Origin: Bacillota bacterium
GTDB taxonomy: Bacteria > Bacillota > DTU025
Direction of reading: 5' to 3'
Length of the DNA stretch: 64,000 bases
NCBI GenBank assembly: GCA_050951805.1
Contig: JBMNJT010000002.1
Location: 928,001-992,000, forward strand
This document shows positions 29,911 through 38,109 of this stretch, piece by piece; position 1 is the first letter of the stretch; each line of letters opens with the position of its first letter. Both the position numbers and the translations under genes were made by a program. The notes beneath the pieces were generated by a model. That model had not been told where the DNA came from. It saw only the letters and a list, made by a program, of their open reading frames with translations, and did not search any database.

Positions 29911-30735
29911 GTGGCAGTGCCTATTGATGATTATCTACGGACTCAATTCATGCCGCATATCTGGTGCCCAGGATGCGGACACGGCATTATTCTCGGCGCT
30001 GTTCTGAGAGCCATCGGCAGGTTGGATCTTCCCAAGGACGAAGTGTGCATAGTGTCAGGGATAGGCTGTGCTTCTCGTGCTCCCGGGTATCTGGATTTCA
30101 ACACGGTTCACACAACACACGGGCGGGCTCTGGCATTTGCCACTGGAATAAAGATCGCCAGGCCGGATCTGCATGTGATAGTTCTCACAGGAGACGGCGA
30201 TGCTGCCGCCATCGGCGGCAACCACCTGATCCACGCGGCCAGGAGGAACGTCGGCCTAACCACTGTCATGTTCAACAACTCGATCTATGGCATGACCAAT
30301 GGTCAGTATTCGCCTATGACCCCTAGGGGAAGATACGCTAGCACTGCTCCATATGGCAACGTGGAACGAAATTTCGACATGTGCGAGCTCGTCAGGGCCG
30401 CTGGCGGCAATTATGTTGCTCGGGCCACGACAGCCCACGCCAGGCAGTTGTCGAACTACGTGGAGAACGCTATTCAGACTCCAGGATTTGCGTTCGTTGA
30501 GGCTGTCACCCAGTGTCCCACATACTTTGGGCGAAGGAACAAGATGGGGACCCCTGTTGACATGATAGAGTGGTTCCGGAAAAACTCCATTAATGCAGCA
30601 GCCGCTGCAAAGCTGGACCCAGCTGATCTAGACGGAAAGATAATAATAGGTGAGTTTTATCGAGGAGACGCCCCCGAGTACACCGAGGTGTACGATGAAG
30701 TAATCGAGCGGGCAAAGGAGGCGGCCGCCAGATGA
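29911..30735 (+). CDS. korB: 2-oxoacid:ferredoxin oxidoreductase beta subunit
   Basis: WCPGCG, SGIGC, GDGD...NNSIYGMT TPP motif. Confidence 0.9.
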   Translation: MAVPIDDYLRTQFMPHIWCPGCGHGIILGAVLRAIGRLDLPKDEVCIVSGIGCASRAPGYLDFNTVHTTHGRALAFATGIKIARPDLHVIVLTGDGDAAAIGGNHLIHAARRNVGLTTVMFNNSIYGMTNGQYSPMTPRGRYASTAPYGNVERNFDMCELVRAAGGNYVARATTAHARQLSNYVENAIQTPGFAFVEAVTQCPTYFGRRNKMGTPVDMIEWFRKNSINAAAAAKLDPADLDGKIIIGEFYRGDAPEYTEVYDEVIERAKEAAAR

Positions 30736-31277
30736 GACGTGAGATTAGGCTCTCAGGCTATGGTGGACAGGGGCTGATTCTGGCCGGAATAATCTTGGCA
30801 GAGGCTGCAATGCACGACGGCCATGAGGTAGTTCAGAGTCAGAGCTATGGACCGGAGGCACGCGGCGGCGCTTCCAGAGCAGAGGTTATCATTAGCGACG
30901 AGCCGATAGACTATCCGAAAGTGACAAACCCCGATGTGCTTCTTCTCATGTCAGACCAGGCATGCAAACGCTTTGCGGGAAGCGCTTGCCAGGGAGGAAC
31001 AGTAATAGTCGACTCTGGACTTATCACTTCCATTCCGGAGACTTCCGGGGTCGTTTACAAGTTCCCCATTACCGACATTGCTGTGGAAGCTACAGGCAGA
31101 TCAATAAGCGCCAACGTGGCAGCTCTGGGCGTACTGAATACTGTGGCCAAGTTGGTTTCTCCGGAATCGTTGAAAAACGCGGTTTCGTCTAGAGTGCCTC
31201 GGGGCACTGCCGAGGTCAACCTGGCTGCATTGAGAGCAGGGATAGCTGCCGCTGAGGCTGCAGGTGCAGAAAGATAG
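30732..31277 (+). CDS. korC: 2-oxoacid:ferredoxin oxidoreductase gamma subunit
   Basis: SGYGGQG and QSYGPEARGG. Confidence 0.9.
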   Translation: MRREIRLSGYGGQGLILAGIILAEAAMHDGHEVVQSQSYGPEARGGASRAEVIISDEPIDYPKVTNPDVLLLMSDQACKRFAGSACQGGTVIVDSGLITSIPETSGVVYKFPITDIAVEATGRSISANVAALGVLNTVAKLVSPESLKNAVSSRVPRGTAEVNLAALRAGIAAAEAAGAER

Positions 31278-31336
31278 GTGGAGAATACTAGATTTGGGCC
31301 GACATGATCCAACATAGTTAGGAGAGTGATGATCCA

Positions 31337-32524
31337 TTGGAGAAGGTTGCATTCGCAACTAGGATGCACGATCTCGGCGGTGATGTCGTTCGCAACATGT
31401 TTTTGCTCACCGAGAACCCGGACATCATCTCTTTTGCAGGGGGTATGCCCTCGCCAGACGCACTCCCTGCTGAGCAGCTTCGCAAGATAGCCGATGAGCT
31501 CATGCAAGATGCTGGCCAGCAGATATTGCAGTATTCGACGATCGAGGGCTATACACCGCTCAGAGAATGGCTTGCAAGCGCCGTTGCTGAACAGGGGATG
31601 AAGGCGACCACTGAACAAGTGTTAATCACTTCAGGAGCGCAACAAGGCATCGATTTGGCCGCGAAATGCTTCATTAACCCTGGCGACTGCGTGTTGGTGG
31701 AACGACCTACGTATCTAGCAGCACTCACAATATTCAAAACGTATGAAGTGGAATTTGGTTGTGTGGATTCGGATGACTATGGAATAATTCCGGAGTCTTT
31801 CGAAGAAGCGATAGTGCGCCACAATGCAAAAATGTTGTATGTGGTTCCTACGTTCCAAAACCCGACCGGAGTTACGTTACCAGCTGAACGAAGAAAAGCC
31901 ATTGCTGAAATCGCCGGCAAGCATGGCGTGATCGTGGTTGAAGACGACCCCTATGCTAAGTTGAGATACGATGGGGAGCCGGTTCCCTCAATAGCAAGCT
32001 ATGACGAGAATGATGTCGTCATATTCCTAGGGAGCTTTTCGAAGTTCATCTCGCCGGGACTTCGCGTGGGATATGCGATATCGCCCCCGGAGATTCACGA
32101 GAAATTGGCTCAGGGCAAGCAGACAACTGATTTCCACACTTCAAACCTGTCTCAGAGGATGATCTACGAGTTCTGTACTCGCGGGTATCTCGAGCCGCAT
32201 CTGAAGTCGATCAGAAAGGATTACGCAATCAGGCGCGACGCAGCGCTGGAGGCCCTCGAAAAGCATTTCCCTGAGGGGACTCGATGGACGCATCCACAAG
32301 GTGGCCTTTTCATTTGGGTTGTGCTTCCTGAGCATATTGATACCACTGAACTGCTGCCGAAGGCGGCTGCGAAGAACGTAGCCTACATACCTGGAGTGCC
32401 ATTTTATGCAGACGGTGGTGGGAAGAACGCCATGCGTCTCAACTTCAGCAATGCAAGCTTGGAGCAGCTTGATGTGGGAATCAAGTGCCTTGGTGAGGTT
32501 ATTTCAGAAGCAATGAAGGCGTAA
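31337..32524 (+). CDS. Class I PLP-dependent aminotransferase (LysN/aromatic type)
   Basis: ISFAGGMP, FQNPTG, EDDPY, SFSKFISPGLRVG. Confidence 0.9.
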   Translation: MEKVAFATRMHDLGGDVVRNMFLLTENPDIISFAGGMPSPDALPAEQLRKIADELMQDAGQQILQYSTIEGYTPLREWLASAVAEQGMKATTEQVLITSGAQQGIDLAAKCFINPGDCVLVERPTYLAALTIFKTYEVEFGCVDSDDYGIIPESFEEAIVRHNAKMLYVVPTFQNPTGVTLPAERRKAIAEIAGKHGVIVVEDDPYAKLRYDGEPVPSIASYDENDVVIFLGSFSKFISPGLRVGYAISPPEIHEKLAQGKQTTDFHTSNLSQRMIYEFCTRGYLEPHLKSIRKDYAIRRDAALEALEKHFPEGTRWTHPQGGLFIWVVLPEHIDTTELLPKAAAKNVAYIPGVPFYADGGGKNAMRLNFSNASLEQLDVGIKCLGEVISEAMKA

Positions 32525-32562
32525 AACGCTGCTGAGGGAAAGACTAGATCTTGAAGAGCTAT

Positions 32563-32609
32563 GGACCCGGGTGCGCCCGCCCGCCGGACGGGATGTGTCC
32601 GGGTCCTTT
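32563..32609 (+). terminator. Long GC-rich hairpin with TTT after the aminotransferase gene
   Basis: GGACCCGG...CCGGGTCC TTT. Confidence 0.55.
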
Positions 32610-32633
32610 GCAATTAGGCGGAGGTGTATTGCT

Positions 32634-34211
32634 TTGGCGGAATTCTCGCCAGAGAAAGCATATTCGGCGGTCAAACCCTCGGAATTTGCGCGTCAGCGGT
32701 GGTTTCGCCATAAACTGTCACATGTGACCGATTTTGAGATTCTCGATTGCGCCGAATTTGAGTCCGGTGTAACTGCCGATCAATGCCTGGTTCTTGGAAT
32801 CTTGCGTTTTGAAGGAGCAGGCGACTATTTTGTTCCCGTGGTCGCAGAAAGTCTCCTGCCGGGTTCTGGAGAAAAGTGCCCTAAGGCTTATGGCGTAATT
32901 GAGGATGGATCCTCGGGAAAGAAAGCTGTTGTTTGCGACGGAGCTTTTCATCCCATGTATGTCAACACAGTACTGGATCTCATAGAATCAGACGCCACTA
33001 TCCCAGCTGTGAAAGGGCAGTTTCGATTCAGAAAAATCGTCAGCAGCCGGGCCGAGCGAGGCTGGGAGATAAGCCAAGTAGGAGACGCCTATACCAACAG
33101 CGTGGTTATTGTCCAGCGCCGAAGCGCGCTCAAGACGTTCAGGGTCATGACTCCGGGGATCAATCCAGATGTGGAAGTCGGGATTGCCCTTGCAACCGAA
33201 ACGGATTTTCGTGAGACACCCCGGGTCCAAGGGGAAGTCTCCTACGTGGATAGCTGTGGCGTGGAGTATTCTGTGGCCGTGCAGACAGAGGAAGTCCCGA
33301 ACATAGGGGATGCTTGGGAGCTTGTTGAGATTGCTCTGACTGAAGCGATGAAGTTGGTTGCGCATGGACTAAAAGAGGGAGATGCCAAGTTCTCGGATTT
33401 CGACGGGATTCTGTCGGCGGATGCATCGAGGCGTCTTGGCGCAACTATTGGCAGGTTTCATCAGGCTATGGCTTCAATAGATGCTCCGGGCTTTGGCGTG
33501 CGGCGCGCGGGACCAGGCGATATCGATATGTGGAGACGAAATGCACGAGCGCGCGCGTGTGGGGCTTTGGCTGATATTAGACACGCCTTGGACTGTGGTT
33601 TGTTGGCGGACGATGCTGATGCGGCTTATGCGGCAGAGCGTGTGCTGGCGGCTGAAGAATCGATACTCGAGGCAGCGGAAAGGATGCTATGGGGACTCGC
33701 GCCTGATCTGAACGGGGCCGGAATGGTCATTAGATGCCATGGTGACCTTCATCTTGGGCAGATTCTTGTGCGGCCGGATGGGTCTTATGCTATCCTCGAT
33801 TTTGAGGGCGAACCCATGGCTTCGCTGGAAGAGAGGCGCGCCTTGCACAGCCCGGCCCGGGATGTGGCCGGCATGCTAAGGTCGTACAGCTATGCAGCGA
33901 ATGCTGCTATGGCAGCTGCCCGGGCGAATTGCGAAGCGGAATGCCTGTGCAAGCTAGAGAGTCTCGTTAATGAATGGGAGAGCCGTGCGAGGACCGCATT
34001 TCTTGAGGGATACTTCGGTGAGGCGTGTTCTGGGGTTGGCAATTTGCTTCCAGGGGATTTTCGCGCACGATGTGCCTTAGTATCCTATTTCGAATTGGAC
34101 AAGGCCATGTATGAGGCTGGGTATGAGCTGAACAACAGGCCTGATTGGGTCGTGATACCCCTCAAAGGTATTCTCCAGATCATGGAAAGACGGGGAGGCA
34201 ACACAAGATGA
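32634..34211 (+). CDS. Maltokinase (Mak/Pep2-like)
   Basis: QRWF, PGINPDVE, RCHGDLHLGQIL, DFEGEP, RDVAGMLRS, YELNNRPDW. Confidence 0.85.
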   Translation: MAEFSPEKAYSAVKPSEFARQRWFRHKLSHVTDFEILDCAEFESGVTADQCLVLGILRFEGAGDYFVPVVAESLLPGSGEKCPKAYGVIEDGSSGKKAVVCDGAFHPMYVNTVLDLIESDATIPAVKGQFRFRKIVSSRAERGWEISQVGDAYTNSVVIVQRRSALKTFRVMTPGINPDVEVGIALATETDFRETPRVQGEVSYVDSCGVEYSVAVQTEEVPNIGDAWELVEIALTEAMKLVAHGLKEGDAKFSDFDGILSADASRRLGATIGRFHQAMASIDAPGFGVRRAGPGDIDMWRRNARARACGALADIRHALDCGLLADDADAAYAAERVLAAEESILEAAERMLWGLAPDLNGAGMVIRCHGDLHLGQILVRPDGSYAILDFEGEPMASLEERRALHSPARDVAGMLRSYSYAANAAMAAARANCEAECLCKLESLVNEWESRARTAFLEGYFGEACSGVGNLLPGDFRARCALVSYFELDKAMYEAGYELNNRPDWVVIPLKGILQIMERRGGNTR

Positions 34212-35374
34212 AGAGCGTCAACTCGCTTGGGGTTACGATGATGACGCGTGAGTTTCCGCCGAACATATACGGTGGGGCAGGAGTCCACGTCGACTATCTT
34301 TCGACGCATCTTGCAGACCTCATGAATGTGGAGGTGAGGTGCTTCGGCGAGGGGGCTCAGACGGAAGATGCGATACGGATTCGCAGTTACAGCCCCTGGC
34401 TGGAGATGTCCAAAGGATCCGATCCGAAGCTGCAAAAGGTGTTGGATCCGCTTTCAGTCGATCTGGCAATGGTAAAGGACCCCATTGAGACAGAGATAGT
34501 CCATTGCCATACGTGGTACACGTTTTTTGCGGGTTATCTTGCAAAGACGATGTATGGCTCGAAGCTCGTTACTACAGTGCATTCCCTTGAGCCGCTCCGC
34601 CCATGGAAAGAGGAGCAATTGGGCAGAGGATATTCTGTCAGCTCGTGGATGGAGAGGATCGGGATAGAAAACTCCGATTGCGTTATTGCAGTCTCAAAAG
34701 AAATGCGTCAGGACGTGATTGAGCACTACGACGTGGAACCTGAGAAGGTTGTTGTGATACACAACGGGATTGACCTTAGCGGCTATCGGCGGACCGACGA
34801 TACTAGCGCTCTGGAGCAGTATGGGATAGAGGAACCTTACGTGCTCTTCGTTGGAAGAATATCGAGGCAGAAAGGGATTATGTATCTGCTTGACGCTGCG
34901 CCGATGATAAGGCCGGGAGTGAAACTCGTGCTGATTGCGGGCACTCCTGACACAAAAGAAATAGAAGAGGAGCTTGCTGCGCGCGTAAAAGATCTTCCAA
35001 ATGTTGTATGGATCAACAGGATGCTCCCGCGTGAACACGTAATTCAACTCTATAGCCACGCGTCAGTATTTGCATGCCCGTCTGTGTACGAGCCTTTCGG
35101 GATTATAAACCTGGAAGCCATGGCATGTGAGATTCCTGTCGTAGCATCAGCAGTAGGTGGAATCCCCGAAGTGGTTGTAGACGGGGAAACTGGTTTCCTT
35201 GTTCCTCCGGGAGATCCTGAGAGCCTCGCGTCGGCAATAAACCGTGTCATCGATTCTGAAAAACTCCACACTCAATTTGGCAAGGCTGGAAGGCGCCGCG
35301 TTGAGCGCTTCTTCTCTTGGGAAGCAATTGCAGAGAAGACGAAGGATATGTACCTGGAAATCCTGAGCGAGTGA
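34208..35374 (+). CDS. glgA: GT4 glycosyltransferase, actinobacterial GlgA/GlgM type
   Basis: TREFPPNIYGGAGVHV, HTWY, HSLEPLRPWKEEQLG, YEPFGIINLEAMAC. Confidence 0.85.
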   Translation: MKSVNSLGVTMMTREFPPNIYGGAGVHVDYLSTHLADLMNVEVRCFGEGAQTEDAIRIRSYSPWLEMSKGSDPKLQKVLDPLSVDLAMVKDPIETEIVHCHTWYTFFAGYLAKTMYGSKLVTTVHSLEPLRPWKEEQLGRGYSVSSWMERIGIENSDCVIAVSKEMRQDVIEHYDVEPEKVVVIHNGIDLSGYRRTDDTSALEQYGIEEPYVLFVGRISRQKGIMYLLDAAPMIRPGVKLVLIAGTPDTKEIEEELAARVKDLPNVVWINRMLPREHVIQLYSHASVFACPSVYEPFGIINLEAMACEIPVVASAVGGIPEVVVDGETGFLVPPGDPESLASAINRVIDSEKLHTQFGKAGRRRVERFFSWEAIAEKTKDMYLEILSE

Positions 35375-35460
35375 AGCGCTGAGAGGGAGAAGAAAAACTG
35401 CTCAGCTCAGTCTAATTGAGGACCGGCTTTATTAAGAAGAATTGGCGCGGATGAAAAAGA

Positions 35461-35497
35461 AAAAAGCCTGGGTTATGTAATGGCCCAGGCTAGTTTT
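35461..35497. terminator. Bidirectional terminator
   Basis: A-run, AGCCTGGG/CCCAGGCT stem, then TTTT; lies between convergent genes. Confidence 0.65.
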
Positions 35498-35523
35498 GTT
35501 GTGGACAATATGTGGGAAAACCA

Positions 35524-35913
35524 TCAACGGCTAGGGTTGCTGTGGTCTCTGGTCTGGGGCTTAGTGCTAGAAGGCATTCCAACCTCATCCTCGAGCAAGA
35601 TTTCCGAGATTCTCCTGATCTTGTCGATCTGGTATGGAGGCTTATTTGCTATCGTGTCAATGAGGCGCTGGATTGCCAATTCCTCTTCAGTTTCGGGCGA
35701 TTCGAAAAAAGATCTGATGTTTACATCCAGACCGTCAGCAATGGAATACAGAGCATTGAGTGACGGACTTTTTTCACCCCGTTCAATCTGTCCGATGTAG
35801 CTAGGGTTCATGCAGCACTTCTCGGACAATTCCTCCTGCGACATGCCCTGCCGAAGCCTTGCTTCCCGTATTCGTTTTCCTACGTTTATCAATCGTTCGT
35901 TCAATTTATCCAT
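35524..35913 (-). CDS. XRE-family HTH regulator
   Basis: GKRIREARLRQGMSQEELS..SYIGQIERGEKSPSLNAL. Confidence 0.88.
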   Translation of the reverse strand: MDKLNERLINVGKRIREARLRQGMSQEELSEKCCMNPSYIGQIERGEKSPSLNALYSIADGLDVNIRSFFESPETEEELAIQRLIDTIANKPPYQIDKIRRISEILLEDEVGMPSSTKPQTRDHSNPSR

Positions 35914-35976
35914 TCCCCATGATGATGGTAACTCGGACAAGAATCTGGCGGAAGCAGCTGGCAGCACATATTGCTG

Positions 35977-35991
35977 GCAAAAAAAGTGCCA
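35977..35991 (-). promoter_or_regulatory. Consensus sigma54 promoter for the XRE gene
   Basis: Minus strand TGGCAC-TTTTT-TTGC, about 63 bp before the ATG. Confidence 0.6.
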
Positions 35992-36152
35992 CAGGCACCT
36001 ACGGCCTGCTTGAAGCGATATGACAGAACTAGTAAGGAAAGGGCTAAAATCACTCCAAATATCATACATGGGTATTAGGAAGGAGGCGATACAAGATTAT
36101 ATTGCCTTGTGATAGGATCAGCATGAAAGAATTGGAGACGGGAGGAATTCAA

Positions 36153-36563
36153 GTGCCTGGGCAGTCCGAGTTTGAAAAGATAATCAGTGCGGCATCACTT
36201 CAAGTAGAGAGCATTAGTGATAATGTCTACTTTGGCGAAGGCCATGACTGGAAGGAGATTGTACGCCAATTGCAGGAGGTGGCAGGGAACCTTGACATAG
36301 TTTTGTACGGTCGCAACGTGCCTTGGAGCTTCTACAAGCGTGCACAGGAACTGCGGGCAGAGATCTCCTACGCGATCAACATAGCTAACCAGCGCGAGCG
36401 CTATGATAAGATCCTGGAACTTGAGGAGGTGCTCAGGTCGGAAACGTCCGATGCAGGGTGGCGTGCTTATCTCAGCATAGATGTGCTCTCTTTGGATCCG
36501 ATTGTTTGGGAGCCAGTGTGCATGGCGACGTGTTGCTTCCAAAGAAGGCACAGTCTTATGTGA
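36153..36563 (+). CDS. Hypothetical protein, possibly 3'-degenerate
   Basis: GGAGG RBS and GTG start; helical, protein-like N-terminal 110 aa. Confidence 0.55.
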   Translation: MPGQSEFEKIISAASLQVESISDNVYFGEGHDWKEIVRQLQEVAGNLDIVLYGRNVPWSFYKRAQELRAEISYAINIANQRERYDKILELEEVLRSETSDAGWRAYLSIDVLSLDPIVWEPVCMATCCFQRRHSLM

Positions 36564-36879
36564 ACTGTCGAATACAACTGCCGGATGACCGCTGCATAAC
36601 CATGGCCGAAGGCAAGCCATGTCTGAGATGCGCAAGTCCAGTCAGATCTGCTTATGTGTAATCAACGTCAGACTGAAACTGAAATCCCGCTTCAGCGATG
36701 CCCACCGGTGTTTCCGGCGAGGTTTTTCCGAGCTTGGTATCGATGATCATGACCGTGAACAAGGCCGCTTCGATCTGCAACTGGCACTTCCGAGTATGCA
36801 CAAATCCCCTGAGCCAGGTGTTCATTCTCGCGTTGCTTGCCTATGGCTTGTTTAGCCTGGCGGGCAAGATCTAGCTTTG

Positions 36880-37953
36880 TCAGTTGTTGAGCACTTCTAG
36901 CAGTTCATATAGTATCGGCCCGCCTGGGGCCGCCACTTGCACTGTGGAGCCGCGAGGTTGTCCGATTATTGCACGTCCTACTGGTGATTCGCTAGAGAGG
37001 AACCCCTTCTTGGCTGACGCTTGTTCAGGCGCAACGATGAAGTATTCCATGTCCAATCCGAGCTCGACATCGCGTATTCTTACTGTTGAGCCTATGCGCG
37101 TTACGAGGTCAGATTCGACGCCAGCTCCGCAACGGGGCGGGTAAAGGGCGGAGACCATCTGAGCCATTGCGCGCGCGTGTTTTTCCGATCCAGGACCGGA
37201 AAAAAGCAAGCCCACATCAGAGCCTCTAGAGCATTCGAAATTAGCTATCGTTTCCAAAATGGCTTCCCAATTACGAGAAGCTACACGACCAGCTGCTGCG
37301 CCAGACTGTGGAAGCGCAAGGTAGACAAAGATCTCGCCTCCTCCGTTTTCGTTATAGCATACTGTTAGTGCCCGCATTATTTGACGTTCTGCCTTGATCA
37401 TATTGTCCAAGGTGATCGCCACTATGGGCAGCATTATATAGTGTCTCGATTTCCTGACGATTCTGGCAGCTGCTTGCACTCCTGATTGGTCAGCGAAGTC
37501 AACGACCAGCCCGACTTTTGCAGCTCCGGATTCTCCGGTGGGAACTGGGGCTTTTCCAATAAGAGAAGCATGGGATGGCTTGAACTGCAATGTGACAAGA
37601 GCGCCGCCGAACAGGCGTATTAGGTGTCTGGCGTATGTTAGGGTAGCAGCTGTGCACGGACTGGACTCCGCTGCCCGAGGATCGACTCCGTCAGTGAACC
37701 TGACACGTACGAGAACATCCACGGGCGAAGGATTTCTCTTGGGTTCTGCGCGAACTGGCTCTGTGCACGCAGAGAGAAACTGATTGCGCCAATCTCCTTT
37801 GCCAAACACGAGGGTGGCTGGCACTTCCAAACACCCAAGCTCCATCTCGGAGCAGGCCGATACATATCGTTGCATCCGCTCTAGTGGCGTTGACCCGAAA
37901 GGCGCCCGCATTTCTCTGGGCGGCGCCGGCCTTCCTGAAAACCCAACTTTCAT
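36880..37953 (-). CDS. Unknown N-terminal domain fused to a GreA/GreB C-terminal domain
   Basis: AGGAGG RBS; C-terminus IGSTVRIRD..YFIVAPEQA..SSESPVGRAIIG..VAAPGG. Confidence 0.75.
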   Translation of the reverse strand: MKVGFSGRPAPPREMRAPFGSTPLERMQRYVSACSEMELGCLEVPATLVFGKGDWRNQFLSACTEPVRAEPKRNPSPVDVLVRVRFTDGVDPRAAESSPCTAATLTYARHLIRLFGGALVTLQFKPSHASLIGKAPVPTGESGAAKVGLVVDFADQSGVQAAARIVRKSRHYIMLPIVAITLDNMIKAERQIMRALTVCYNENGGGEIFVYLALPQSGAAAGRVASRNWEAILETIANFECSRGSDVGLLFSGPGSEKHARAMAQMVSALYPPRCGAGVESDLVTRIGSTVRIRDVELGLDMEYFIVAPEQASAKKGFLSSESPVGRAIIGQPRGSTVQVAAPGGPILYELLEVLNN

Positions 37954-38109
37954 TTTTGTCGCCTCCTTTAGCCTATGATGTCCAGCTGAAATGAGAAATA
38001 GTCATTTGAATCGCACAGTTTTGTATCTGTGGTTCCACGATTGCCAAGCGTCCAGAAGCGATTGATCGTGGGTGCAGAGGATTATGCCGAAAAGAGTAGA
38101 AAAAAGTGA

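Noticed and set aside
35524-37953. Prophage remnant or restriction-modification controller island
   Set aside because: No integrase, methylase, nuclease or att-like repeats seen
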